A stretch of 64,000 bases of DNA. It comes from the human T2T-CHM13v2.0 reference genome, Homo sapiens. Below the pieces are notes generated by a model. That model saw only the letters and a program-made list of their open reading frames with translations. It had not been told where the DNA came from and ran no database searches. The position numbers and the translations under genes were made by a program. Shown one piece after another: positions 39,054 through 53,766 of the stretch (positions within the stretch are counted from its first letter, which is position 1; the number at the start of each line of letters is the position of its first letter). The stretch lies in NCBI RefSeq assembly GCF_009914755.1, contig NC_060926.1; one strand, 5' to 3'.

Positions 39054-39122
39054 GCCAGAGATTTTCTTAGATAAGTATGTGGAAGGATCCCAACATCTAA
39101 ATGTTTCTACATCATGAGATGA

Positions 39123-39464
<342 letters not shown>

Positions 39465-39559
39465 TAGTAATTTCTGACATACGTATATCTTCAGGGTTGA
39501 CATACAGATTATGCTTTTCATTCACACAACTTTCAGGTTAAGTCTGACTGGTGTTACTA

Positions 39560-39690
39560 CCCACACACCATAGAGGAGGAAAGGTAGGCTCAAAAAAACT
39601 GACTTGCCCAAAACAAGTTAGATGGTGGGACACAAGATAGAAAGTGGGGAAGTCAAGACTGAAGCACCCACCTCCTGGCTCCATCACAGC
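39560..39690 (-). mobile_element. MIR SINE
   Basis: GAGGAAAGGTAGGCTCA...TGACTTGCCCAA. Confidence 0.65.
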
Positions 39691-41211
39691 CATGTGTGCT
39701 GATATCTGGGCAGCTAAACGTAGAGTGCTGGAGCCCACATGGGGTGTATGGCTGGGGAATTTTAGCTTTACTCTCATTTCTAGCATCTATGTTGGAAAAG
39801 CATTTTGTGTTTTATGCTTTTATTGTATATTCAGCCAGTCAAGAGTCATAGTCTATTTCATTCAGGCTTATGCCACTCACTAATGTCAGTAGAAGCCTAT
39901 TCGTTTCTTAGAAATTGTAGTGGAAGATGTAGAAAGTACACTTGTCAAATTTGGGCATGATTCATCTGTGAGAGGAACCTTGTGCATGCAAACTCAGTAA
40001 CAGCGTTCACAAAAATCTGGACAGGCTTGAAAGACAGGCTGAAAATAACATTGCAGCAGGAGGAAATGTAATGGTATGAACCTGAATTCAGAAGGCAACT
40101 GCCTAAAGGTGGACTAAATAGGTTTAATAGAAATTGCTTTAAAAACAACCAGGAAGGATGGTTAGCATTAGTTAGCTTTGCAGTCTGCATGAGCTTATGG
40201 TATGAAGGGTGAGTCAGAAGGTTATAGCCCCTTAAGCCACAGTAAGAGAGTTTGGGTGTTCTGAATGAGGGGGACACATCTGCTTTCTCACTGTTGGATG
40301 CAGCAGCGCTTTTGACTCATTTGTGCAGAAGAAAGCCCTGGGAACTGAGCTGTATTTGAAGAATGAACGAAGGATCTGTTAACATTTAGCCCAAAGAAGA
40401 AAGGATACATTAGATAAGACTGAATGGATGTTTTCAGATCATGGAAACATTTCCAACCTAGACAGTCAACTGATGAAGGACTCGGGAGCCAGGTACTCAA
40501 GCAAGTGGAGGAGGCCCCCACGCTGGGCATATAAGTCGAGTAATTCAGGGTCCTGAGCTCACGGACAAGCTACAACGCCGCTCCCAACTCCTGACTCCAA
40601 AATCAGAACCCATGACTCTCTGAAAGAGATATCATGGAAGCAATTGAGAAGGTAATTGGTTTCAGAAAGTTTCAAAAAGCAAAGCACAACAACTAAACAG
40701 TGCTGATTGAAATTAGCTGAGCACATACACATGTTTCAACCCAGAAAAGCAATTCCACTTTAAGTACTTCATGTCAGTAAAGCACTACCTCTGATCTGGT
40801 AAAATAACACTCCTGATATCCCATGACTCCATGCGTGACTACATTTTGCATTCCTTGCACAGACAGATTTTCATACTGACTAGACAGGGATTATGAGCTG
40901 TGTGTCAACTCCTTGCCGTTGAATTGGTTTCTGCATTTCTGTGGAACATACTCTAAAATTCATGAGATTGGAGATGCTCTCTGTACAGGCTCATGTAGGC
41001 AGTGACAGACACCCTTAATTTGTAAGCATTAGCAGAATGAGATGCAGTTGCAGAAAGTGTAATTGGATCATCTTTGTATCTTATGTCAGCGTGTCTAAGT
41101 ACTGCTAAAGAATGCACCACGTGCTCGGCGCCTCCGACAACACAGAGGGGTTGTTGTAGGCATGACAAATAATAGCAGAATCAGCTTCTTACTGTTATAT
41201 TTGGAGTGTGG

Positions 41212-41242
41212 TGTGTGTGTATGTGTGTGTGTGAGAGAGAGA
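41212..41242. repeat. Short (TG)n(AG)n microsatellite
   Basis: Visible. Confidence 0.9.
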
Positions 41243-42009
41243 GGTAGAGCATGCACACTGGCTTTTCCAAGGCACTAGTCATTAAGTAGGAGAGCTTTAA
41301 GATCTGCGGAGAAGCATAATGGCTTTCAAACCTTTCTGACATTAAAATGTTCTATAATCACCTTCCATTAGTAAAACCAGAAAAAGCCTGGCTTTGGTAT
41401 AAAGCACAAAATTCATTTGCCTTCCTCCCCCAGCCCTTCATGTCCTTGTGCCTAAAATATTCCAGGCTGTTGAGCTTTCAAGAGAAGAAATCAGTGTACT
41501 TTTTCTGTCCTAGAAAAAAAGGCCCAGGTTTCATGACTGACCGTGTTTGGAAGACAGATACATTTTTTACAATTAAGTTACATAATTAAGACTAAAGGAA
41601 AAGGAAACCAACCCCACCTTCCCAGCTCACTTTATATGTAAGAAAATTGGGTCCATTCTTTCTTGCTTATGCCAAAATGCACCTAGAATTCAAATTCAGT
41701 TCTGACCACCAGATGGTAAGGGAAAATTAAACAGGCTAGCATTTGAGAGACAGCTTATAGATCTGGAGACATTTAGCATGGATGAAAAAAACAGAAGCTA
41801 GAAACAATAGCAGTCTTCATGGACCTAGGAGATCACCCAATAGAGAAGAGGATGGGCTAGTTCTCTGTGGTTTTAAAGAACAGACGGAGAGCCAATAGAT
41901 ATTGTTTTCAGGAAAGCATATCCTCGCTAAACATCCTCTTGCTCAAAGTTCTTGAAAGTCTTTCCATTAAATAACACTGGTTCCCTGTTGCCAGCCCCAG
42001 GATATTCTC

Positions 42010-42255
42010 TCTGGAAAAAAAAAAATAGTGATCAAACCGGTTTGGTATGGTTGCAAAAGATATCTCCTTGCTTTAGAGATTACAACATGCATATTTAAAG
42101 ATGTAGGAAGATGCTAAGCAACTATATAGTAAAGCAAACAATTAGACTTTATTTAACCCGGTGTTTTTCAACTGCTCCTATAACCTTGTTGACACCTTTC
42201 TATCAATATTTCTTTGATCTCGTGTTATAATAAACACACTTTTGGACACTTTGAA
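42010..42255. mobile_element. MER103-like hAT-Charlie relic
   Basis: GTAAAGCAAACAATTAGACTTTATTTAACCCGGTGTTTTTCAACT...AACACACTTTTGG. Confidence 0.5.
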
Positions 42256-44409
42256 TTACAGGAAAAGAGCCAGAATTCTTTATTCTGGTATTTGAAATTC
42301 CAGAAGCTCCAGTCCTGACCTTCTGAACATGATTTCTTGCAATGTTCTGTGATTCCCAACTTTCATAGCTTGTTGTTCACCTGCCCTCCACCTGGAATCA
42401 TGGCACATTAGGCTGCACCCTGATAGCTCCACAGGCACCAACCCAATGCCATTTCTTCACTCAACCAACAAGTATTGTGCATTTAATTCTTAGGCTCAGA
42501 GAGGCTAGGTAATTTCCCCAGGTTCACATAATTAGCTTGGGGTTTGTCTAACCCCAACATCCAAGAAGTTTCCAGTGTGCCTGTCTCCCCACGAAGGAGG
42601 GGTGGGCTTCAAAGGCCCACATCATCACCAGTTGCCTCCCACACAGGGCCATGTAGAAGGTACTCACTGTGGGCTTTCTTAAATAGTCGAGCCTCCTGAA
42701 GTTTCCAGAGTACAGTCCAGAGTCGAGTACAGGCCCGGCAGCATATAATGGAAGCTGAATGTGTTCATCCACCTGCTACAGAGATGTAGTCCTTATAGTA
42801 GAACACCACAAGTCCTGCGGACCTTGAAGAAGTCAACTGCCATGCTACAAGTGGCCTAGGAAATGGGCCACCTGGAAGGGGGCTGTAAGCAACCCTAGCA
42901 TCTCAGCCCCTGCACCTCAGAACTGCAGCCTCAGTTTCTCCTTTTACAGGTAAGGAAATGATACCCAGAATGCTTCAGTCATTTGAGTAGCATTGCCATA
43001 CTTATAGGTAACTGAGTAAGAGAACCAGACTCCCGAGCTCCAATAACTCCAACATCATGCAGAGATAGGAAGGCATAATGTCTAGTCTCCAGGCACATAA
43101 TAATACAGCGAGGAAACAGACAGCCTGCGTCGGATCAGGATAGTATAGACAACGGAGGCCCAGATAGAGGTTGGAGAAAGATTACAAAACTATACTATTA
43201 GAAGAAAATATAAAGGACCTTAGCTTTTGAATATTTGGGGAACAAAAGATGTCTCTTCAAATAATTGCTGGCATGTCTAACAGAAGAAATCAGTTTTGCA
43301 TTCTCCTAAGCAGCAACAACTGTGGCCTTTTAGGAAGCACTTTTGGTCTCATGTCAACACAAGAAAACACTTCTGATTTCTAATCCAAGGACACACAGCT
43401 ACCAAATAGCAGAGCAGGAATTCCAGCCAATCACTGTGACTCCAGAGGTTATGCCGTTAACTACAAAGCTACCTGCCTGGATACTCATAAACATTAAGTA
43501 AAATAATATCAGTCAAGTGTTAAAGCAGAGTGTACCACATTCGTTTGCTTTATAAATAAAAGCTCTCATTAGTTTTAAACAGGCAAGATTCTAGAATTTT
43601 GAAGAAGAAAGCTCAACATACCAGGAGTACTTCATTCATTTATTCATTTTGGGTCACCCTTGAGGTTCCAGGCAAGCACGGCCCCAGGTATTGCAGAGAG
43701 TGGTATACGAACCTCCTGAAGCTTATATGATTTCCGAGAAGATAACTCTCACTTGAATTCTGACATACTAAGAAATATACAATGCTGAAAAACTTTAAGG
43801 AAGCTTAAATAAATAGTCATTAGGGAGCATGATCAGCCTAAAGGAGTTGAGTTAATCTGGATGTGATGGCTAGGTAATCAAATGAGGATCAGAAAACCCA
43901 GAGACCCCAGGGCAGCTCTGGAACTGCTTGGCATGTGACAGATAGTAAATGCCTTTGGTGACATTGGATTGCAAAGGCGAAAAATGACTCTGCTAATCAT
44001 GTGTTGGATGGGTTGTCTGACCTGTAACTCTCAAGGTAAAAAACTTTAAATTCTAAAATTAAATATATATTTTTACTAGTCTTCAGGAATAGTAGCTAAT
44101 TCTTCAATCTTCCTGCATAGAGCACTTTCTGATTTACAAAGAAAAGCCCTTCGAGGGAAGATGGGGAGTCCAGAGATCATTCTGGCACAAATCTCCGTCT
44201 TTCTGGAAGCCAAATTGCCTAACTACTCTGGTCATAGGTCCTGGTTGTCCCCAAGGAAAGATGAGATTTTATGGCTGCGGGTAGTTAAATAATGAGCCAC
44301 TGAGCTTGAAGACATTTTGTTTTATTTTCTCTGTCAGGACTGTAAAAGCTTTGTAAACTTCTCCTTTGCTGTCTTGTATATACTCTATCCATATGGAGCT
44401 CATTGTGGT

Positions 44410-44760
44410 TCTCTAAACACAGCACCCTCTGTGCTCACTCCTCAAAGGCTTTATAGCTTATTCTTTCTGCTTACAATGCCCTCTGGGCACCCTTTTCCTG
44501 CTTAACTGTTACTTTTCTCCGACTCTCAATTCCAAGGTTCTCTCCCAGGAACTCCTCTCTGACATTCCCCGTCTCCTCCTTAGGCACCATGCTCCTCCAT
44601 GGACTGTAGTTCTCAGGGTGGCCCTCACGCTGGGTTACACTCACTTGTCTGTCTGTCTCCCCCTCCAGACTGTGAGCAAGGCAGGAGAACAGCATGCCTT
44701 TGATGTCTGTGACTTCTGCACCTAGTTCACGGTGCATATGTGGATATGCTCATCAACTGA
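44410..44760 (+). mobile_element. L2 3' fragment
   Basis: CTTGTCTGTCTGTCTCCCCCTCCAGACTGTGAGCAAGGCAGG...GCACCTAG. Confidence 0.8.
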
Positions 44761-45842
44761 GGGAACATTGGACACTTTTCATTCTCCACCCTAGAGCTGA
44801 CATAAAGTCACAGCTCAGAATCAATCAGGAGATGTGGGGATTTGTGTGTGCCACCCAGGAATGTCTGTTGCAGCATCCAAATAACATGATCTCAAGGAAA
44901 AGGATCGCTTTGAGAATCCACAGAAATGAGCAGACATTCGAGAATGTGGACACTTCACATCTGTTGCCGAACTGATGGAGAAGCCTCAGCCCCAGCTCCA
45001 GAACTGCTTTGAATTGTGCAAAACCATGTTGATGATTCCGTTTATAATTCACTAAGCACCTGATACGCATCGAGCATAGCCCTGAAATCTCTTTCAGCAG
45101 TTATTTCCATCTTGGAAGAAGCAGCACTTTTTGCCGAGACATCCTACATTGGACAGGGCTGTCGCCTATGGGCCGGAACGTGTCACTGGTCCTGGGGCTC
45201 AGTCCCCATTTCTAGGAGATATCAGAGCATAACAATATCCTAATGAATTGTTTAACTTGAAAAATTTTAGAAAACAATCTTAATGGTGCATTGAGTCCCT
45301 TTCATTGTCTTGATTGGCTAGTTATAAGTGGATTTCAATATGCATTTAATCAAAATACCCAGCTGCATTCATTTAAAAATGCAGCCCACAAAAAGCATCT
45401 AAGTGGGCCCCTTACCTCCCTGCTAAGAAAATGGAGGAGAGATTTCACCAGAATTGAATTTGGCAGAAAACTGAAAGCCCCTGAAATCAGCTATCTGGGA
45501 TACACATTTTAGCTTTGTCTTTATTGGAGCAAAGACAGCTAATAAATGAGTGTGTTCACATGAATGAGAGACAAGCCCGAGGGAGAAGGGCTGGCAACAG
45601 ACATCAGAACTTACTCAACTCAAGTGCCTGTGAGACTGTGTCCACAGCAAACCCTCAAAGCTGACTCGAACATAGTCAGGGAGCGTGGTTGCTCTCTGTT
45701 CAGAAGTAGCAAGGTTTACCAGACAAAGTTTCGGTTTTGAAGTCAGACTTCTGAGCTAGGTGGCCACAGTAAATTATTAATTTTCTCAGGACATTGTCAT
45801 CCTCTTTAAAGTATAGATAGCAAAGTCTGCTGCATAAAGTTT

Positions 45843-46318
45843 GCTGAGGTTGAATTCTTTTCCCTCAAATTCATATGTTGAAATCCTGTTCATATGTTGA
45901 AGTCCCCCAGGACCTCAGACTGAATTATTTGGAAACAAGTGCATTGCAGATGTAATTAGTGAAAATGAGGTTATAGTGAAAAAGAGTAGGTCTCTAATTC
46001 AATATAGATGGTGACCTTCTGAAATTGGAGACTGTGGACACAGACACCCATACAGGGAGAACATGATGTGAAGATGAAGGGAGAGATTAAGGAGATGAGT
46101 CCACAAGTCGAGAAATGACAAAAGATTTCCAGAAAACCATGAGAAGCCAGGAGAAAGCCCTGGAAACGATTTTCACTCGTAGCCCTCAGGGGGAACCAAC
46201 CCTGCTGACACCTTGATCTTGGAATTCCAGCCCCCAGAACTGTGAGACAGTAGCTTTCTGTTGTTTCAGGCACACCTCTTGTGATGTTTCACTATTGAAG
46301 CCCCAGGAAATCAATCCA
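45843..46318 (+). mobile_element. MLT1C MaLR solo LTR
   Basis: AATTCATATGTTGAA...TTGCAGATGTAATTAG...GGAACCAACCCTGCTGACACCTTGATCTTGG...CCAGAACTGTGAGACA. Confidence 0.9.
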
Positions 46319-47479
46319 GGGTCATTCTAATGATGAATGAGATGCTGCCTGCAGGAGCTCCGGGCACTGGGACCAGGGCAGAAGAGGTGTGGACAGAGGT
46401 CAGGTCCCTGCCTTGTTGTTCTGGCCAACACAGGCTCATGTATGGAAAACAGGGAAGGTGAGGAGACTGCAGCTGGAGCAAGTCTAGTATTCATGCATGC
46501 GAAGTAAATGACGAAGCACTCCACAAACATTCATTGAACCCTTGTATTGGCTTATGTAGCTGGTTGACTGAAAAATCAGTCCTTCTTTTTTGGTAAGAAA
46601 CTCTCTGATGACAGCATGTAATCTTCATCAGGTCTTCATAATTCCAGAAAATGTCTTAAAAATTGCTTTTATTTGAGCTGATGGGCCTTGTCCTGGGTTG
46701 GGGCACTAGGAATCCTCCAGCACACAGGAAGGCTGCCTGCACAGGTCTCCTTGTATCTGCACAGCTGGCCACCCAGGAGCCGATGCAATTCCAGGTGAGT
46801 GAAGAAGCCTGTGGATATAAAGGATGGAGACAGACTCCGATCCTTTCCATTTTCCGGTTGGATGTTATTAGTAGCGTTTGATAGAAGAGGAGGCCCTGAC
46901 AAAGGCCTCCAGCAGGAAAGAACATGGAGACCCCAAAGCATAAAACACCATGAGTGAAGGGAGCCTGGGGCAGGTGACCAGGGCTTGTCACTCTATTGGC
47001 AGGAGCTCTGGATCCTGCACGCAAGCAGCAGAGGAGACCGAAGCCCTCCCCTGCCCAGCGTGATGGGTCTGTCTGAGGATGACCGCTGGGGCTTCACCTT
47101 CACGGAGCAGTCACATGAGCAAGGCCCCGTGAATGATTTCCCTTATGATTCTACTGTAACCCGATGGGACAGACATAAGCTGAAGACCAGGGCCTGGCAA
47201 AAAACTGATTCCCCTTCTAGAAATTCTGCTATTTTTGCCAAAGAATGGCAATGAGGACACAGAGTTTTGCTTCTTCCTCTATCCTGGCAGCTTGTGCGTC
47301 TGCCCCTTTACCAGCATTTTCCTGGCAGCGTCAGGGACCTGCTGATTAACATGCCCTCTGTTTATGGCCCCCTATTCCTGTGTGTGTGACACCCCTTCAT
47401 CTCCAATGAGTTCTAGGCATGTGGGCAGTTGCCTTTTAGGCATTCTGAAAATACAAAGCAAAATCATTGGGAATGGGAA

Positions 47480-48240
47480 TACATTTTAATCCAGCAATTG
47501 TACACAGAGACATTCATTATGGTAGACTTTAAAAGAGCAAAAAGTAAAAAGGAAGTAAGCTACCTGTTCAGCATTGGGAAATTGCCTACATTAAGAATGT
47601 ACAGTGCACTAAAATACAATGCTGCCATTCGAGGGGATGTTGTGGACAAGGGTCAGCTGACAACAGCTGACCAGCCAGCCTCAGCTGGCTGCCATTGTGT
47701 GTGGCTTGCAAGCTGTGGGTTTTATACTTTCCAATGGTTGAAAAAAAATTAAAAGAAGAATAATACATGACATTATATGAAAATTATACAAAATTCAAAT
47801 TACAGTGCCCATAGATAAACTTTTATCGGAACACAGCCATGCTTGATCTTTTATGTGGCATCTATGGCCCTTTTTATACTACAACAGCAGCATTTGAGTA
47901 GTTGAAACACAGCCTGAAATATTTCCTATTTGGCCCGTTACAGAAAAGGTTAGCTGACCTGTATGGAAGAAGAATCATCGCATGAAAAATAACATGTTCA
48001 ATGAAAAAGTACGTAGAAAAACAGTATGTGTCGTAAGATGCATGTTTGAAAATGTAGTCCATGCAGGGTCCAGGGCGAAGTATTTGGAAAGAAACTTTGC
48101 TGTGTAATCACTGTGTAGTCACTAGACTGTGGGAGTACTGGTTACTTAGTTGTTATTCGTATTACTGTTTGTGTTATTCTGCTTACCTGTATTTTCTAAA
48201 TTTTCTATAATTAATATATATTTTTAAAATAAGATGAAAA
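47480..48240 (+). mobile_element. L1ME-type 3' fragment split by MER58B
   Basis: AAATACAATGCTGCCATT before and TGTATTTTCTAAATTTTCTATAAT after the MITE. Confidence 0.6.
47650..47961. mobile_element. MER58B hAT MITE
   Basis: AAATTCAAATTACAGTGCCCATAGATAAACTTTTATCGGAACACAGCCATG...TTTGGCCCGTTACAGAAAAGGTTAGCTGACC; termini GGTCAGC / GCTGACC are inverted. Confidence 0.9.
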
Positions 48241-49308
48241 TTTACTATAAAAAAAGTCACTTCCTTACACGAAGGTTAGAGAGCTCTGTCTTTCACTCTT
48301 TCATACCTGTTTTGAGACTCTTCTTGGGCATGGGAGGAAGAGTTTGTCGTGAGAAACAGTGACGGCCGTGTACGTTCATTCCATCTCTGTCATTCCTTAA
48401 ATGATCTGGCCATGGGGTGCCATATAGACGTGGGCCAATATTCTTGGCAACATATAAAAGTTATGTAAGTTTTTGTAACATTTTAGGCAGTACAAAATGT
48501 AAAGTAGCCAGTTTAAAAATATTTAGTGATATAGTTTTATAAAAGTTTTATATAAAAACAAACTGGGTCAGTCAAGTGAACAAGCACCGAGAGGCTGCTT
48601 GTGGACACCACACATATCAGAGCCCATGTGAGGGCGCCTCACAGAGGACTCCAGCCCCTTTCAGTCTCTCAGAGGCCCTGGCGCCGCTCCAGACCCCTAG
48701 CTTCATCTGGCACCAGGTTGTTAATTAATTGTTTTAAGAAAATATCTAAAGTGAGTTTCTCTGCTAATTCGATAAAATATAGTCAAGAACACATTTTTTA
48801 AATTTTGAACTTCATAATGAGAGACCCCTTTTAAGTCACAGTTCATGCTAAAACCACTGGAGATTTTAACCTACACCCTTTCAAGCTGATTTCAGAAAAC
48901 TTAAGTAAAACGTTACATAACTTTACATGCCAAATTTCTCCTTATTGTAAGGTAAAGAGTAATGACTACCCCCTCTCAGAGCGCTGCCCACAGCGGACAG
49001 GCTCAGCTTCACTCTGCGCTGGACTGCTTAAGAGGGTGAGCTGCTTAAGAAGCTGGGCTGTGCCTCCATCTCCCCCATGGCAGGTGGATCAGCTTCGGAT
49101 TGTGGGAATCAGTGCGATGGCATTATGGAATACCATAAGCCCCCCGACGGCTAGATCTGCAACTCAAGTTTCCCATGCTACATGGGCCCCATATATCTGA
49201 TGTGTCACTGAGAGCCTTTAGTCCAATTTGTTCACTGAAGGACTTGAAAACTCCAAATGCATGTGTATCTTAGACATTTTTTCTTCTTTCCAGGTGGTCT
49301 ATTTTCTA

Positions 49309-49528
<220 letters not shown>

Positions 49529-49871
49529 TCAACTGCCGAACCAGTTTGAGAGAGCACAGAGAAACATATGTGAATTAAAACAAGGTGCTCTGTGTAGGAG
49601 GGCTATCCCCAGGGCAGGACACACGTCATCCCATAGCAGCCATCACATTTCAATGTCAAAATCAATCTCCAGTCCTCAGCCCCTTCCTCTATTCCTCTTG
49701 CATCCGTTACGAGCACACTAGATGAAGCATGCAGGCATTGTTCATCTTTGTCAGCTGCTGGTGGCCATTGTGCAGAGGACTTCACAGAGACAGGGAGAAG
49801 GACTTGGGGAGATGAGCTCCCTTTGGAAATCAAGATTAAAGTGTGAGGTCACACCTCATTTCATTATGTTC

Positions 49872-50191
<320 letters not shown>

Positions 50192-51194
50192 TCATTATGT
50201 TCTTTTTATAGGAATCTAGTGAGGCCTCTTTCTGATCTTGCAGCAGAGTTCCTGTTCTTTTGAAAGCCTCCTCTGTCTGCTCCTAATTCATCAATGGCTC
50301 CATGCAGACCCCAAAGAATTCCCATACCTGTAACACACTCAGCACATCCTTAGCAGAACATCTGTCTGGGTCACTTTTATTCCTTAAAAAGAGACTATGA
50401 GATGATGCTGTTCATGATGCCCGGCAAGGATTTATAACCTGATTAATCCTAATGATTCTTAAAGCATCCTAGGTCTAGAAACATTGACAAAACTCCTTGT
50501 AATACAATTACAAACAAAACCAAGTTAGCATCCTCTGAGCAGGATCCCTCTTGGATGCTGCTGAGAGGAATGCTCATGATGCTCTCTCACGAGCTTCTTA
50601 AACGGGGCCAAGTGGGCCAGAGCGAGATGTAATGTGGCCAAGGAGAAGTCTCCATTTAGGATTCCCTTGAGACAGTCTTTTTCAGACACAGCCCTAAAAA
50701 AGAAAAAGACGTCTTGCCACCTTACAGACACCTGGATGGGGAAAGGAGTAGCCCTGGCTTTAGCCAGGTTTGGAAGGGGTCAGATCTCAGAGGAGCAAAG
50801 TTAGTTCCCTTCCAATTGCCCTGAAGGAGAGGAGGGAGGAAATTTTATCAGGGGAAGAACCACACCCTTGGAGGTCACTATCAGATGTTCGACTGATTTG
50901 ATTTCTGACAGCCATATTGCTCACAACCCAATGGGCTTTGAGAAAGCATGTTTCACTCATTAGAGAGGATATTGCTTTATAGACACTAAATAATGACATT
51001 CTATATATTGCATAACACCAGGTGAATGAAACAAGGAATGTGAAATAATTTGAATGGTGTTGGAAAGACACACGGATATTAAAGAAATAAAAAAGTGAAT
51101 ACCAAGACATCTCTCCATTCTGGATGGAATTATTATAATAATCATCCGCTCCACTCTTTGGGGAACCAAAGCTCTGACAAGTGCTGATTTCATC

Positions 51195-51545
51195 AATTAC
51201 TGACTTGCAACCCCGGGCATGGCACTTCCTGCTCGTAAATTAAACTTTTTCATTTGCATCAAGAGATATAGTCAGCATAAACTTAATAGTATTGTTGTGA
51301 GGTTGAAATGAGAAAGAATATAGATGTTAAACATTTCACACTCTACCAGGTACAGAGGATTAACTGTAGTTAACTTTATTATCACCAATTCTTAAAACAA
51401 TTTACAAGATATTATGAAGTTCAATTTATAGATTAGAAAACAATGTCAGAAAGGTTATGCAATTTTTCCAAGGCAACACAGATAACAAATGGAGAAGCTG
51501 GGATTCAAGTCTATTTCTTTCAGTTGCCAAAGTTCATATTCCTTC
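51195..51545. mobile_element. Two MIR SINEs tail-to-tail (plus ~51195-51380, minus ~51385-51545)
   Basis: ATTGTTGTGAGGTTGAAATGAG; AGAAAGGTTATGCAATTTTTCCAAGGCAACACAG...AGCTGGGATTCAA. Confidence 0.7.
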
Positions 51546-51551
51546 TAGCCC

Positions 51552-51712
51552 ATTGCTTTTCCAACTTCAATGTGCACGCAAATTACCTAGAGATCTTGTT
51601 AAAATGCAGGTTCTGATTTGGAGAACTGGGGTGGGGCCTAAGATTCCATGTTTCTGATAAGTTACCGGGGAGGCCAACACTACCAGCCTGTGGAGCTACA
51701 CTTTTGAGTAGT
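51552..51712. mobile_element. MER5A hAT MITE
   Basis: ATTACCTAGAGATCTTGTTAAAATGCAGGTTCTGATT...GGGGTGGGGCCTAAGATTC...CACTTTTGAGTAG. Confidence 0.9.
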
Positions 51713-51794
51713 GACTTTCCAGAACATTTTGCATCCTTATTAAGCATGCTGCCTGAAAAAGGTAAATGGTAGAGCAGACATTGAAGTGGATTTA

Positions 51795-51870
51795 AAAGAA
51801 GGGAGAAAAGAATAAGAAGGAGGAGAAGGAGAAGGAGATGAAGGAGAAGGAGGAAGGACAGAAGAAACAG
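51795..51870. repeat. GA-rich low-complexity tract
   Basis: (GAAG/GGA) purine run. Confidence 0.85.
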
Positions 51871-52318
51871 TCATGTCAGAATGAATGCTGGTGCCGGAGA
51901 AGGGGAGAAAACATCTTTCTCATCTCCATATCCAGGGCCAGGATGTTCATTTAGCAGCTTACACATTCTGGGCATTTTACACATTTGTCAAAATACTATA
52001 CGAAATCAGAAAATTCTGCCTTAGTCTCTCTGCTGTCAAAGATTGCAAAGGTAGTTCTTTTCCTCTCTCAGTCTCCAGCACCCCAGCTTCTGGAAGAACA
52101 GCCAAGCTTCCATTATGAGGTCACTGGCCCAGGGCAGAATGACAAGCAGTAGCTACTCTTAAAGCTGTGATCTTAGGCATTCGCTTTGTAGTAAGATAAA
52201 CGTGGGGCTCATGTCCAGACTCTGCTAGTCCTCAGATTCCTCTTCTATGAAATAAAAACATGTTTTTAATTTATTAAATTTTTCTGAAGATTAAAATAAG
52301 TTAATATGGGTAGAGCAC

Positions 52319-52821
52319 TGTATTAATCAGGATTCTCCACGGAGACAGAAGCAATAGGAAATATGAGAGAGGATTTATTAGGAGAATTGGCTCACACAAT
52401 TTTGAAGGCTGAGAAGTCCCAGGGCAGGCTGTCTGCAACCTGGAGACGTTGGGGTGTTGTGACTCAGTCTAAGAACCAAGGCCTCAGAACCAGAGAAGCT
52501 CATGGTGTAACTCTCAGTGTGAGACCACTCTCAGTGTGTGCCACTGATGTAAGTTCTGGAGTCCCAAGACTGGGAGCCTGAATTTGTTGCCCAAGGAAAT
52601 ATGTATCACAGCTCCCGCTGTTAGATAGACACATTCACCTTTTCTGTGTTTTTGTTCTCTCCAGGGCCCTAGCCGATTCCATGATCCCCACCTAGTCCAC
52701 TCAAACTCACATGTTAATCTCCTCTGGAAACACCTCACAGACATACCTACAAACGACGCATTACCAGGGTTCTAGGAATTCCTTAACCCAGCCAAGTTGA
52801 CACCTAAAATTAACTTTCACA
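52319..52821 (-). mobile_element. MLT2B-type ERVL solo LTR inserted into a MIR (MIR ~52190-52318 and 52822-52872)
   Basis: TGTATTAATCAGGATTCTCC ... CAAGTTGACACCTAAAATTAACTTTCACA; perfect 5-bp TSD AGCAC. Confidence 0.93.
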
Positions 52822-52944
52822 AGCACTTAGAGGAAATCCTGGCATGACATAAGCTCTCATTACTTCTTAGCTCCCATGTTAGCACTAACCTCTGTAGAGA
52901 AATGATCTCTGTGCCTGGCACAAGGGAGTGAATGTGACTCCTCA

Positions 52945-53190
52945 CCTTCACTGAATGCTTACCATGTGCCAGGTGCTGGACGAGTGCCTCACACATATTC
53001 TCATGTAAGCGCTTCCCCACCCTGAGCTGTGTTCTATTATCCTTTCTCTGATGCTGTTTTAGAGATAAAGAAACCAAGGCATAGAGGAGTTAATTCATTT
53101 GCCCAAGTCACATGCCTAGGAGGTGGTGTCACTGGTGTTTGAACCCGGAAATCTGACTCCAGCACCTGCTGAGTTCCTCTGCTGTTGACT
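52945..53190 (-). mobile_element. MIR SINE
   Basis: CTGAATGCTTACCATGTGCCAGG...AGAAACCAAGGCATAGAG...TTGCCCAAGTCACA...TCTGACTCCAG. Confidence 0.9.
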
Positions 53191-53766
53191 GCACTATTTG
53201 GCGGTGGTGGTGGTTGCTGCTGCTGTTAAAGTTTAGAGGAAGTCTTCTGGGCTCCTAAAAATTCTAAATACCAATTCTGCTTAACTTGCTGGTAGAGGTG
53301 ATAGAGTGGTTTGTTGAGAGGTGAAATTTCTCAGCACAGTCACCCTGGTAATGCAAAGAGATCCATCCTGAGCCAAGCCCACTGGCAGCTTCTTTGCAGG
53401 GCACGCAGATTCTCAATCTGTCCCCACCACTGTCAGAACTGATTAAGCCAAACACATTTTCAGTAACATTCAAAGACTTCTGTAATTGACTGTATGACAA
53501 GAGTTATAAACAAGCAACTGAGTTAGCAAATCTACCAAACCCTCTTAAACAAAGAGTCTTAGAAGAAAACGAGCTAATTATGCATATGCTATCCAGACAA
53601 GGGACAGGGTTGAACCAAGATGCCTCTTCATTACTGGGAGAAGCAGCACTTCCCTTGAAAAATCACAGAGCTGAGAATGTGGCCAGGATCAGAGATATCC
53701 TGTAGTCAACCCCTTCTGCTCCCATTTACCAATATAAGGAGATGAACCACTAAAAGACATGCTTCC

